Source: Polyangiaceae bacterium
GTDB lineage: Bacteria; Myxococcota_A; Polyangia; Polyangiales; Polyangiaceae
Assembly: GCA_965222375.1 (NCBI GenBank)
Contig: CBDCTZ010000014.1
Coordinates: 448,001 to 512,000, forward strand
Length of the DNA: 64,000 nt
Direction of reading: 5' to 3'
The translations under genes and the position numbers were made by a program. Every line of letters starts with the position of its first letter. The stretch's first letter is position 1. The notes under the pieces are model-generated. The model saw only the letters and a list, made by a program, of their open reading frames with translations, searched no databases and had not been told where the DNA came from. Below are positions 28,211-42,096 of the stretch, piece by piece.

Positions 28211-29662
28211 GGGGGGTGCCGGGGCCGAGGGAGTCGAGGCGGATGCGGGCGATGCTGACGGCGTCGTCCACGAACTGGAACTTGGTGAAGATCTCGTCGC
28301 AGGTGATGCCCATGGGCGCCAAGAACTGGGCGCCCTGGTTGGAAGGCGTCGACTGGATCACCCAGGAGACGCCATCTTTCAGGCGCACCACGAAGAGATC
28401 GACGCCGGTGGGGTTGCCTTCGGGGCCGGAATAGATGGTGCGGGCGGCGTGGCCGCAGCCCACTGCGTAGGGAAATGGGATCGGTTGCCCAGGATCCGAG
28501 CGCAGGCGGCGAGCGGTCTTGGCGACGGTCGCAGGGTCGGTGCTGTAGGGCGCGGTCATGACCGAGCGCTCGGGGTAGACCAACAGGCTGCTGTTGCCCT
28601 TGCCCTTGCCGTAGAACCAGACCATGTTCACGCCATCTGTTCCGAACATGCTCGTGCCTTGATCCTTGTCACCAAAGAAGCGGAGAATCGGCGCTAGACC
28701 GCCACTCTTGGTCCACGCCATGGTCCCTCGGAACCCACCGCTGCCCACTTCGAAAAAGATGTCTTTGCCAATGCCCTGCACATTGCTGGGCGTCAGCGCT
28801 TCGGGGTCCTTGCCGATATCGTAGACTGTGACTTCAGGTCCCCCCTCCCAAGGGCGCGCGAACAGCCCGGCCCGCCAGCGAATGATCCATTCCGACGTCA
28901 TGCGCCAAACAGTCTTGTTCTTCGGATCCATCGGCTGCTTGATCACCGTGGACGGGGCCTCGCCGAACTTGCCGCCCAAGGCGCCCTCGCTGCCCTGGAT
29001 CGGGCCGTAGATGGATTCGCCCAGAGCGCGGAAGAGGTACCGTCCGCCCTGCAGTCCTGCGTCCGTGAGTCCGCAACCCTCGCTTCCGGGTGTGCGCTCC
29101 AGCAGCGCCGTCAGAATGGGACCCTCGGCGTCGGCCACCAGGCGATAGCGAACCCCCACCAGGTCGTCGACGTGCACGCGATCGAACTGGAGGTAGGACT
29201 TGTCTTTGGCGCGGTCGTGCCAGAACGAAGCAGCACCGGTCATGGATAGGTTGAAGGTCTTGGTCCAGGGCGTCTTCATGCGCCGGCAGGACGTGTTCTG
29301 AGGCCCCGGATTCTGAGGGCAAGCTTCCCATTCGACGGGGGCGAGGGGCTTGGCCTTGGGGCCAGGCACGTAGAAGCGGCAGTCGCAGGAATAGTCCGTG
29401 AACTCCTCGAAGCCCTCGGGCACCTCGTTGGGAAAGGGCTTTGGCGGACAGCCGCCGACGGCTCCGGTGCCGGAGCTGCCCCCGCTGCCGCTCGCATTGC
29501 CGGTTCCGCCGCTGCCGCCCCAGATCTGACCGCCGCTGCCGGCAGCCGCCGCCCCGCCGCCGCCTCCACCGCCGCCGGGCTGGGAGCTGGAGTCTTCACC
29601 ACAGCCGCAGCCAAGGACAAGCACGGAAAGTGCGAAGGTGAGATGCCGTGGTGTGCGCGGGA

Positions 29663-29666
<4 letters not shown>
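28203..29666 (-). CDS. Large lipoprotein of unknown function, partner of the TSP3 protein
   Basis: GTG at 29666 overlaps the upstream TGA (GTGA); signal ...VLVLGC, Gly linker, Cys-containing beta-rich domain. Confidence 0.8.
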
Positions 29667-33357
<3,691 letters not shown>

Positions 33358-33531
33358 GCCGCTCCCCTTGCCGTTGTGTGCCGCTGCCCCAGACCTCGAG
33401 TGTACGATGGATGGCGCGGCCGCGAAATGGAGGGAAATGTAGGCGCAACTCGAAAGCGTGAGCCGCGAGCCGCCGCGAGCGCGCGGTGGCGTGTCAGTGA
33501 CACCAACGCCCGTGGGCATACTAGCTCCCAC

Positions 33532-33972
33532 ATGGAACCGACGCGGGAATCATCGACGGTCCCAGGCCGCGCCGGGCGCGACGCCGTGGTGGAGACGCTA
33601 CGTCACTTTTTCGAAACGAATTCGAACGAATTTGCTGCGGTTTATCTCTTTGGCAGCACGGCTCGGGGAACGGACCGACCGAACAGCGACGTCGACATTG
33701 CGGTGCTCCGTCACCATGCCGTCGCGACCCCCGTTGCTCGGCTGCATGCCGATCTAGCCGGCGCGCTGGAACGCATGCTCGAACGCCCGGTCGAAGTCAT
33801 CGATCTGGAACATGCGCCCGTCGACTTGGCGCACCGCGTCCTTGCCGATGCGGTCCTGATTCACGAAACGGATGCTTCGAAGCGAATCGCGGTGGAAACC
33901 CGGCGCCGCGCTGAGTATTTCGACATGGCGCCGATTCTAGCTGAGTACCGTCGTCCCCCGAGCGCGCGATGA
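33532..33972 (+). CDS. mntA: Minimal nucleotidyltransferase antitoxin (MntA-like, type VII TA)
   Basis: AVYLFGSTARGTDRPNSDVDIAVL (GSx10DxD motif); ATGA overlap with the HEPN gene. Confidence 0.9.
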   Translation: MEPTRESSTVPGRAGRDAVVETLRHFFETNSNEFAAVYLFGSTARGTDRPNSDVDIAVLRHHAVATPVARLHADLAGALERMLERPVEVIDLEHAPVDLAHRVLADAVLIHETDASKRIAVETRRRAEYFDMAPILAEYRRPPSAR

Positions 33973-34377
33973 CCGACGCCGAACTCGTCGCGAAGAAGCT
34001 GGCGCTGATCGAGACGTATGTTGCCGAGTTGCAGCGCCTGGCGCGTCCCGAGCTGATTGCGTCCGATCTGCGGGAGCGCCGATTCGTGGAGCATACATTG
34101 CAGACCGCCATCCAGGCGGCGCTTGATGTCGCGTCCCACATCGTCTCGGATGAACGCTTGGGTGAGCCGCGCACGAACCAGGCGCTGTTTGACCAGCTCG
34201 CGCGGGCCAGCTGGCTCACCGAAGACCTGGCGGGAGCGATGCGACGTGCGGTGGGGCTTTCGCAACGTCATCGTTCACGGCTACTCTGCCGTTGACATCG
34301 ACATCGTTCGCGACGTGCTCCAGCACCACTTGCCGGACTTGCTGGCGTTCGTGGCCGCCGTCCGCGCACGCATCTGA
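33969..34377 (+). pseudogene. hepT: HEPN/DUF86 RNase toxin (HepT-like), frameshifted just before the Rx4H motif
   Basis: VEHTLQTAIQAALDVASHI in one frame and GFRNVIVHGYSAVD in another; one extra G in the G4 run at 34253-34256. Confidence 0.82.
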
Positions 34378-34463
34378 CCAATTCGGGATCAAGAGGCCGG
34401 TCGCTGGTCCGGGGCAGCTCCGGGGCCGCGCCCTCGGGCGTGGCGGCGTTGGCGAAAGGCACA

Positions 34464-34631
34464 GCTGGGCGAGCAGGAGGGCGTGCGGGGTAGGAGAAGG
34501 ACGCGAGGCCGAAGCGGGCTGAGAGGCGCGAGGGGTGGAGACGAGTACGAGTACGAGTAGGAGTACTAGAACGAGTACGACTCATTAGGGCGAGTGTGGC
34601 CGACGAAGCGCCGACGGGCCGCTCCAAATGG
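34464..34631 (-). pseudogene. Diverged direct repeat, copy 2: truncated, frameshifted 5' end of a paralog of the 27448-28182 lipoprotein gene
   Basis: MSRTRSSTPTRTRTRLHPSRLSARFGL versus MNRTRTPARTRTPTPIRSRHPSPLAARFAL; after an apparent 7-nt deletion the codons realign through ACG...TCC TGC...CCC. Confidence 0.7.
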
Positions 34632-34646
34632 AGGTAGCGTGGTGGG

Positions 34647-35384
34647 GTGAGGTTTGGGTTCGGGTTGGTGATGGTCGTACTGGCAGTGTCCGGTTGCGAC
34701 GCTTGTGACAAGAAGAAGTCAGCGAATCGGTCCGCGCCGGGTCCGTCCCGTACCGAGTGTAGCGTCGCCGAAGATTGCGCGGACGACAGCCCGTGCACCC
34801 TCGAGGCGTGTTTGGACGGACACTGCGCCGTCACCCCCGTGGAGCAGGGCACGAGTTGCGACAATGACGACGTGTGCGACGGCGTAGCGCGCTGTGATGC
34901 GCGGGGGCGCTGCGTCGCGGGCGCTGTGCCGAAACTGGACGATGGCAACCCCTGCACCCTGGATGAATGTGACAAGGTCAGCGGCGTCAGCCACAAGCCC
35001 GTGGACGTTGACGACTTCGACGCCTGCACCGAAGATGCCTGTGATCCCGTCAGCGGGCACATCACCCACGAGCCCGTCGACATCGACGACGGGGACGACT
35101 GCACCTTCGATAGCTGTGATCCCAAAACCGGTGTGGCGCACCGGCGACCGAAATCCATCTACACCTGTGATGCCAGCTGCGGGGACGGCTTCCATGCCGT
35201 CTCGCGGCGCCCGAGTCCGAGCTGTGGCGGCCGAGGCGCGCTGCAGACCTTCTGCGTCCCCGATTGTGGGCCCTCGTTCTATCTGTGCGGCACGACCTGC
35301 CCCAAGGGCTACCGCGGGTCCAAACCGAAGCTCAGAGCGCAGTGCGGTGCCAAGCCCTCGCCCCAGACCTTCTGCGTCAAATAG
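34647..35384 (+). CDS. Cys-rich repeat lipoprotein
   Basis: Lipobox VSGC; repeats DDGNPCTLDEC, DDFDACTEDAC, DDGDDCTFDSC. Confidence 0.8.
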   Translation: MRFGFGLVMVVLAVSGCDACDKKKSANRSAPGPSRTECSVAEDCADDSPCTLEACLDGHCAVTPVEQGTSCDNDDVCDGVARCDARGRCVAGAVPKLDDGNPCTLDECDKVSGVSHKPVDVDDFDACTEDACDPVSGHITHEPVDIDDGDDCTFDSCDPKTGVAHRRPKSIYTCDASCGDGFHAVSRRPSPSCGGRGALQTFCVPDCGPSFYLCGTTCPKGYRGSKPKLRAQCGAKPSPQTFCVK

Positions 35385-35457
35385 CCGACAAGACACGGCA
35401 TTTTGTGGTGCTCGCCCAGCGCAGGCGCGCCACGTCGATCGTGCTACACCGCTGGCC

Positions 35458-36501
35458 ATGTTCATGCGGGTCGCTTCCTTCGCAGCCGTGTTCATGCTGG
35501 CCGTCGCGTGTCGAAGCGAAAGCGACGCCACCGGTGGCGGCGGCCCGGGCTTGGACGCTTCCGCCGATTCGGGTTCCGGGGGTAGCGGTGGCAGCGCCGG
35601 GGCAGTGGGAGCCGGGGGCTTTGCCGGATCCGCTGCGGCCGGCGGGAGCGCTGGCGCAGATGCCGGCGGCGACGCCGCGAGTGGCGCGCCGGAGGTCATC
35701 CTGGGCACCTTCAACCTGCACAACTTCAGCAAGTACGGCGACGCCGAGTTCCGCATCGACGACATCGCGACGAAGATCGACGAAGTGAACGCCGACGTGC
35801 TGGGCGTTCAAGAGCTCAAAGTGAAGGAGGGCACGACCGGCGCGCCACCTCAGGCCTGGGACGCGCTTCTGACCAAGCTGCCCACGCGTGACGGGACGCA
35901 CGGGAAGTGGAATACCTTTGATTCCACCGTGGGTTTCATTTGGAATACCGCCACCACCACCCTGCTCTCCGAGCAGAGCTTGTTCGAAAGCGACAACTAC
36001 GCCTTCCCCCGCGCCCCATTGCATGCTCGCTTTCGTGTGAGCAAGCAGGGCGCAGCCACCGAGGTCAACGTGATCGTGGTGCACCTCAAGGCGTTTCAGA
36101 GTTCCTATGAGCGGCGGCGGGACGCCTGCAAGAAGCTTCGCGGCTTCATCGACGGCCAGAGCGACAAACATTTCGTCGTGCTCGGGGATTTCAACGACGA
36201 CCCTTACGATGGCCCTGCCGACAACAGCTACGTCGGAACGTTCTTGGACCAACAGCCGGCCTATCACTTCCTGACCCAGCAGCTGCCGCCGGTTTCCGTC
36301 ACCAGCACGGGTTTCTACCACTACGTGAACGGCAAGAAGATCACCGGTGAGTTCCTGGACCACGTCATCGCCACCGGCGAGTGGGTAGATAACTTCACCA
36401 GCGCCACGCCGAAGATCTTTTCCGTGCCCGAGAGCGGCTATGCAGCCTGGGAAAAGGACTACTCGGATCACTTCCCGGTGATCGTCACCTTCACGCCCTG
36501 A
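35458..36501 (+). CDS. Endonuclease/exonuclease/phosphatase (DNase I-like) lipoprotein
   Basis: Lipobox AVAC; TFNLHNF, VLGVQE, VVHLKA, LGDFND, LDHVI, SDHFPV. Confidence 0.9.
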   Translation: MFMRVASFAAVFMLAVACRSESDATGGGGPGLDASADSGSGGSGGSAGAVGAGGFAGSAAAGGSAGADAGGDAASGAPEVILGTFNLHNFSKYGDAEFRIDDIATKIDEVNADVLGVQELKVKEGTTGAPPQAWDALLTKLPTRDGTHGKWNTFDSTVGFIWNTATTTLLSEQSLFESDNYAFPRAPLHARFRVSKQGAATEVNVIVVHLKAFQSSYERRRDACKKLRGFIDGQSDKHFVVLGDFNDDPYDGPADNSYVGTFLDQQPAYHFLTQQLPPVSVTSTGFYHYVNGKKITGEFLDHVIATGEWVDNFTSATPKIFSVPESGYAAWEKDYSDHFPVIVTFTP

Positions 36502-36515
36502 GGCAGCTGCGTCCC

Positions 36516-37160
36516 TCAGCCGGAAAAGCCCGCTTGGGAAGCGAGCAGCATCTGCGCGAAGAAGTAGACGGGTAGCCCCCAGGCTCGATTGATGAAGCTC
36601 TGAGACACGAAGCGGTGGCGCGCCACGGCCAAGTCGGAAAGGTAGAACGCGACCGCGCCGACCAAGAGCAGCCCATTGCCAGAAGTCAGCGCGGCTCCGG
36701 TGGCCAGAGCGACCATGGACGAGATCACCAACACGTAAGCCAGGACCGGTCCGCGCATGGGGCGCTCCACATGCGGCCACAACCAGCGCAATACGATGGC
36801 GCCAGCGATGACGACTCCGGCACCCGCTGCGGCGGTGCCCAAGGGGTGAATGCCAACGATGCCAAAGGCGAAGGCATAGGCGATGTGCCCGGCAAGAAAG
36901 GACACCAGCCCGCCCAAGAAGGCTCGCTTGTCCTTGGGGATCAGCAAAACATCGCCTGCCGCCGCCAGCACCAGACCAAGCACGAGCACCGAGCCGAATC
37001 GTGTTTCCAGACCCCCGGCCGAAAACCCAGTTGCGATGAAGGTCGCCGCTGCCAAGGGCTTGACTATCCACTCGAGCCAAGGGTGCTCGATCCGAACACA
37101 CCACAGAAGCAGTGCCACCAACATGGCCATCACCAGCCAGCCCAAGAGCATGGCGCGCAT
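36516..37160 (-). CDS. Lysoplasmalogenase / YhhN-family membrane protein
   Basis: KPLAA, GDVLL, FLGGLVSFLAGHIAY, PVLAY, FYLSDLAVA, YFFAQ. Confidence 0.88.
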   Translation of the reverse strand: MRAMLLGWLVMAMLVALLLWCVRIEHPWLEWIVKPLAAATFIATGFSAGGLETRFGSVLVLGLVLAAAGDVLLIPKDKRAFLGGLVSFLAGHIAYAFAFGIVGIHPLGTAAAGAGVVIAGAIVLRWLWPHVERPMRGPVLAYVLVISSMVALATGAALTSGNGLLLVGAVAFYLSDLAVARHRFVSQSFINRAWGLPVYFFAQMLLASQAGFSG

Positions 37161-37500
37161 TAGCACACAGCGAGACCACCTCGAAGGCTCGTGAGTGAAT
37201 ATCGCCCGCTGCATCGTTCACGAGGACCATGGTCGCCTCTGCGCTGCAGTGCAGGCCATGGCGGTCGCCCTAAACGTCCTTCGGGACGCCCGACGAGTTG
37301 GTTCATCGGTGTGCTGTGGATTTGGCCCTGCGTATGGTTGGCGGTTCGCGACTACGGCTTCGAGTTCAGCGGAAGTTTGTCGCTGCAAGGCCATGCCGAA
37401 TGGTTCTGGAGTCGCTGAGGGTTTGCGTGGGTAGCAAGTACAGAAACGGAAGCGTTCCTGGCGAGCTTGGGTCGACGGCTGTAGGGTGACGCCGGGAGCG

Positions 37501-38256
37501 ATGAGCGTGCACGACGCTGCGGAGCGCGGATTTTCGGCGGGCGTTGTCGCCTATGAACGAGGCCGGCCGTCGTACCCTCCGGGCGTCGTGCAACACCTGG
37601 TGCAGTGTTTCGGGTTGGGGCCTGAAACGCGAGTGCTCGACGTAGGAGCCGGAACTGGCAAGATGAGCGCGCTGCTCGAAGCTACCGGTGCGCAGGTGAC
37701 AGCGTTGGAGCCGGTCGTCGCCATGCGCGAAGCGCTGGCCGCCAATTGTCCAAAGGTGCAGGTGGTCGGCGGGAGCGCCGAGCAAACCGGGCTGCCCGAC
37801 GCTTGCGTCGATCTCGTCGTGGTCGCCCAGGCGTTTCATTGGTTCGACGCCTCGCATGCGACGTCTGAGCTATCCCGTGTGCTTTGCCCGAGTGGCGGGC
37901 TGGCGCTGATCTGGAACAGCCGGGATGCCCGGGAGCCCTGGGTCGCGGAGATGTCTCGCATCGTGCGCTGGAATGCGGGAACCATCCCGACCTACGACGC
38001 CGGGGACGAGGCTTGGATCGAGCGGGTGACCGCCGGCGGGCAATTCATCTCCAAGGGCGTGACGGAGCTGCCCTTCAGCCACCCACTGGACGCAGCAGGC
38101 CTGAGGGCCCGGGTACTGTCCATCAGTTACATCGCCAAGCTGAGCGCAGCGGAGCAGGAGCCGATCATGGCTCAGATTGACGAGCTCATCGCCGACCTCC
38201 CTGCGCGCTTTTCGCTGCCGTACCGCACGTTCATCTACGACTTCCAACGACGCTGA
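37501..38256 (+). CDS. Class I SAM-dependent methyltransferase
   Basis: YERGRPSYP, VLDVGAGTGK, AQAFHWFD, RVLCPSGGLALIWN. Confidence 0.92.
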   Translation: MSVHDAAERGFSAGVVAYERGRPSYPPGVVQHLVQCFGLGPETRVLDVGAGTGKMSALLEATGAQVTALEPVVAMREALAANCPKVQVVGGSAEQTGLPDACVDLVVVAQAFHWFDASHATSELSRVLCPSGGLALIWNSRDAREPWVAEMSRIVRWNAGTIPTYDAGDEAWIERVTAGGQFISKGVTELPFSHPLDAAGLRARVLSISYIAKLSAAEQEPIMAQIDELIADLPARFSLPYRTFIYDFQRR

Positions 38257-38306
38257 GGCGAGGCACGCGTGCGAGGGGGCAGGGACGTTTGCTGTGGGGG
38301 CCATTG

Positions 38307-38334
38307 CAGCTCTGTTGCTTCCCCAAAAACAAAC
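38307..38334. repeat. 28-bp AT-rich repeat, copy B (inverted relative to 27291-27319)
   Basis: cagctctgttgcttccccaaaaacaaac. Confidence 0.8.
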
Positions 38335-38433
38335 GATTCGAGGCTCGTCCATCCTCGGCCGCCCTGCCCCAACGTTGTCAAATTCCCACGCTGTGCCTTG
38401 ACCTCATGCGGTGGGGAGAGTTGGCTCTTGCCA

Positions 38434-39615
38434 GTGAAAGCGCTCGAGTGTCCCAAGTGTGGCGCACCGGTCCGAGGCGGTGCCGACCTGCGCCAGGCCA
38501 CCTGCCGCTTCTGTGGCACGAGTCTGGTTCGAGAGCAGCGCCCAGTCAGGCCCCAGCCGGCGGCGCCTGCCCTAGGTGGCAAGCAGGGTTTGATCGTGGT
38601 GGCGGCACTGGCTGGAGTCGTGGTGCTAGGTGTTGCCGTAGCGCTGGTGGCCAAGCCGAGCGGGCGGATCCAGGCGCAGGGCAGCGCCAAGGCAGCTGAA
38701 GGCGCAACTGTGGCAGCGGCGGAGCTTGCGACCTTGTCGCCAGCGCAGAGCGCGGACGCCGTGGCAAAGCAGCTCGGCGCTTCAGTTCGGGACGGAGCCC
38801 ACGTCGATGTCGCCGTGCGAGATTCGCCGGTCGAGCGCGTGCACTTTCGCTGGGAAGAAAAGGACCATCTCACAGGGGTCAATCTGTCGCTGCGCAGCGA
38901 TGCGAAACGACAGTTCATCGTGGCTTCGTTGCAGAAGCAGCTGGGCCGCGCTTTTGTCCCCGCGGCAAGTGGACATCGGGTGTCCGTGGACGGCGTCGGC
39001 TTGACCCTGTCGAGCACCCTTTCCGTCAGGGCGCACTCCCGCAAAGATCCGCGCTGGAAAGCGCGGTTCGCCGCGCTTTTTGCGGCGCTGAAACAGGCCG
39101 CGTTCGGCGGACAAGGTTCTCTCACCCTTCAGGCGCGCCGGGACACGCTGAACTTGGGCTACGACCTCGTCGATCTCAAACGCGTCGCGCCGTCTATGCC
39201 CCTCGAGTCTTCGGGGCAGGGGGTGCGCGCGGTCTTTCCGGGGGCGGATGTCAAAGGTGCTGCAGTGAAGGTCGGCCTGGAGCATCCCTGGTTTTCCTAC
39301 GCCGCGCTGAATTGGCGCAACGAGGCTCGGGGCAAGTTGTCTCACGTGAATCTGTACTTTTGGACTCACGCTTCCTCCAAGCCACAGATGCAAGCGGTAG
39401 AGAAGTGCCTGACTCCGAGCCTCTCGGCCCCGAAACGCCAGGTGATGGACCATGCGGCGGGCAAGTACAATCTGGACTGGCCCGCGAAGTCCGGTCTACC
39501 GCGGGTGCACGTCACACCGCAGCTAGTCATGGTCTTTCCCAACGAGCGGGCCAGGACGCGGACGACCCAAGCGGGTTGGGCGAAGCTCTACGATGCCTTA
39601 GCCGGCTGCGGTTAG
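38434..39615 (+). CDS. Zinc-ribbon plus single-TM hypothetical protein
   Basis: ECPKCGAP...TCRFCG, hydrophobic helix, large C-terminal domain. Confidence 0.72.
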   Translation: MKALECPKCGAPVRGGADLRQATCRFCGTSLVREQRPVRPQPAAPALGGKQGLIVVAALAGVVVLGVAVALVAKPSGRIQAQGSAKAAEGATVAAAELATLSPAQSADAVAKQLGASVRDGAHVDVAVRDSPVERVHFRWEEKDHLTGVNLSLRSDAKRQFIVASLQKQLGRAFVPAASGHRVSVDGVGLTLSSTLSVRAHSRKDPRWKARFAALFAALKQAAFGGQGSLTLQARRDTLNLGYDLVDLKRVAPSMPLESSGQGVRAVFPGADVKGAAVKVGLEHPWFSYAALNWRNEARGKLSHVNLYFWTHASSKPQMQAVEKCLTPSLSAPKRQVMDHAAGKYNLDWPAKSGLPRVHVTPQLVMVFPNERARTRTTQAGWAKLYDALAGCG

Positions 39616-39640
39616 AGTCCACGACTCGCGGCGCGCGGCT

Positions 39641-40971
39641 TCAATCTCGCGGGGCGGGCACGTTGCCCGCTTTCAATAGCTCGGTCATGGCGCGGATCAT
39701 GGGCTCCACGTCCGCCACCGCGGCGCCTTCGCGACAAGAGTGCATGCTGTGCATTGGGTTGCCGACGTCGATGGTTCGCAGGCCAAGCATGGCCGCCGAG
39801 ATGGGCCCAATCGTGCTGCCGCAGGGCTGGTCGTTGCGGGACACGAAGCGCTGGGTCTTGACGTCGAGGCCGCGACAGACCTCTTCGAACCAAGCCTCGC
39901 TGGGTCCGTCGGTGGCGTAACTCTGGTTCGCGTTCACTTTGATCACGGGGCCTTGACCCAACTTGGGGGCATTCACTTTATCGTGCTTTTCGAGTAGTTA
40001 GGGTGCAAGGCGTGGGCCATGTCCGCACTGATCAACAGGGAGCGGGCTCGGGCCCGGGCGGGAGCCTGGCCACTGGCATCGGTGGGCACCGTGCTGAGTC
40101 GCTCCAGTACTGAGCTGAGGAAGCGCGAGCGCGCACCTGCCGCACTTTGGCTCCCGACCTCTTCGTGATCGTAGAGGGCCACCACACGCGTCATCGACCC
40201 GGCGTCGCCGGCTGCGATCAAGGCTGTAATGGCGGCGTGACACGACGCGAGGTTGTCGAGGCGCGGCGCGAAGATCAACTCGCTGCGCGCGCCGCCGATA
40301 GCCGCGGGCTGGGTGTCGTAGAGACACAGATCGTAGCCGGTAATGTCCTCGGGCTTCACCTTGTCGCCCTGTGCGCTCAGCTCCTCGGAAACCAGTACGG
40401 AAAGTTTGGTGCTGTCCGCTTTGCCGTCCAAGGCGCTCAGGGGCATCAGGTGTTTTTGGGCGTTCAGTTGAAGCCCCTTCGAGTTCACTTCACGCTCCAG
40501 GTGGATCGCGACGTTGGGAATGCGCAGCATGGGACGCTCGAATCGCAGCAATCGGGTGCCAGCGCCCTTGATGGATACGCGTCCTGCGATGGACAGATCC
40601 CGATCCAGCCAGGTGCTCCACAGCACGCCGCCATAGACTTCGACGGCAACTTGCCGGTGGCCAGCTGCAGTGACGTCTGCAACGGGTTTGACCCGCAGGT
40701 TCGGAGAGTCCGTGTGAGCGCCGATGAGCAAAAAGCCGGTCTCTTCGGGGGCGCCGGTGCCGGCGACGAAAGCAACCAGGGTCCCGCCGCCTTTGATCAC
40801 GTAGTGCTTTGCGCCGGGATCGATTTTCCAGACGTCGCGCTCGTCCAACTCCGTGAAGCCCTCGGCCTTCAGACGTTCGGCAGTGTGGGCGACGGCGTGA
40901 TAGGGCGTCGGGCCGGCATCGATGTAGGCCAGCAGATCTCGGGCGCTTTTATCGGGGCTCGCGTCACTCAT
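39641..40971 (-). CDS. apeB: M18 aspartyl aminopeptidase with one frameshift (pseudogene or assembly indel)
   Basis: GAHTDSP, STWLDRDLS, RLDNLASC, DHEEVGS, DMAHALHPNY; the C-terminal part (GPVIKVNANQSYATD, CGSTIGP, MHSCRE) is in another frame; one base missing near 39987-39992. Confidence 0.88.
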
Positions 40972-40997
40972 GGCGGGGACTATACTCCGCGCCGGCC

Positions 40998-42074
40998 GTG
41001 CTGACCCCTGACGTGCGCTTGGAAGGTTTCACCACCGAGGATTGGACTCGCCTCGCGGCGGTTGTGCGCGCGCCAACCTTCCCGGCGGAGCATGACGACC
41101 CAACCCGGGTAGGCGGGGATGCTCCGGAGGTGGCTGCCCCAGGGTATGAGCGCGACAAGAAACCTCAGGGCGGACTACTCGTCGTGACCATGGGAGAGCG
41201 GCTGCGGAAGTTGATCAGTACCGTCAGCGGCCGCTTGGACATTGGCGGCGTGCCCTGGCCCGAGGAGCTGCCCGCTCTTGTCGCGCGCCACAATGCTCGC
41301 TGGGCGGTCCAGATCGAAACCGGTGCGCTGGAAGAGTTGATGGAGCGCTTCGCGGACCGCCTGCGTCGTGAGCATGACGGCCTGGAGCAGAGCCTGATCT
41401 TCGTCGGTGTCTTGCGAGAACTGGAGCAAGAGGGCCGAGTGCGTGTGCACCCCTGGCGTATGGCCAGCTGGCCCGTGCCGAACCATCGAGTCATGATGCG
41501 AGTGCTGGACGCCATCTGTCCTGATGGCAAGAGCATTGGCGTGGGCGCTTTCGACAAAGGCGAGCTGTTCACCGCCTTGGTATTGCGCAGAAAGGGCCAG
41601 GCTTTCGACTTGGTGCTGGGCCCCGACCAATTGCGCAACGAGATGGGCTTGCTGTCCGGGGACTGGCAGCGAGATTACCGATACTTGGTGCGGGCTGCGG
41701 AGGTGCGCGCGGCGCCGCTTGCTCTCGGCTGCTTCGGTGAGGTCGATACCCTGCGCCGTTTGTTGCACCGCCCGGCGCCCGGAGCTTGGGCTGCAGCGGT
41801 TGCCGCACGTGACGTGGTGGTTTCGCCCGCTCCCGCGACGGTGGCGTTGCCCCTCGGCTTGGACGTAGGGCGCTTTGCCTTCGTTGCTGTGCGGGACTTG
41901 GCTTCACGGGCTGGGGCGGCGGGCTGGTTTGGTGAAGAAAGCCCGCTGTTCCCCTTGTTTCAGAGCGTTCGGGATTTTTCCGGGGTGGACCGGGACATCA
42001 GCTCGTTGCTGGGCTTTGACCCCATGCAGCTGATTTCTCGCCTCTTCGGCAAGAACGATGAGCAATCTCCTTAG
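40998..42074 (+). CDS. Hypothetical protein
   Basis: 358-aa ORF with typical composition, directly upstream of the histidine kinase. Confidence 0.75.
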   Translation: MLTPDVRLEGFTTEDWTRLAAVVRAPTFPAEHDDPTRVGGDAPEVAAPGYERDKKPQGGLLVVTMGERLRKLISTVSGRLDIGGVPWPEELPALVARHNARWAVQIETGALEELMERFADRLRREHDGLEQSLIFVGVLRELEQEGRVRVHPWRMASWPVPNHRVMMRVLDAICPDGKSIGVGAFDKGELFTALVLRRKGQAFDLVLGPDQLRNEMGLLSGDWQRDYRYLVRAAEVRAAPLALGCFGEVDTLRRLLHRPAPGAWAAAVAARDVVVSPAPATVALPLGLDVGRFAFVAVRDLASRAGAAGWFGEESPLFPLFQSVRDFSGVDRDISSLLGFDPMQLISRLFGKNDEQSP

Positions 42075-42096
42075 CCCAGCAAGGTAGACTCCGCCC

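Noticed and set aside
33358..33448. ORF-track start at 33448 for the 1261-aa protein
   Set aside because: It gives a leader of about 60 aa before the lipobox and reads through the RBS-ATG at 33357. Considered less likely, but not excluded.
35377..37230. 617-aa minus-strand ORF, and many similar long Arg/Pro/Ala-rich ORFs
   Set aside because: Shadow frames of real genes, expected in high-GC DNA; no motifs.
37191..37418. 75-aa ORF in the YhhN-methyltransferase gap
   Set aside because: No recognisable motif or RBS; cannot be supported.
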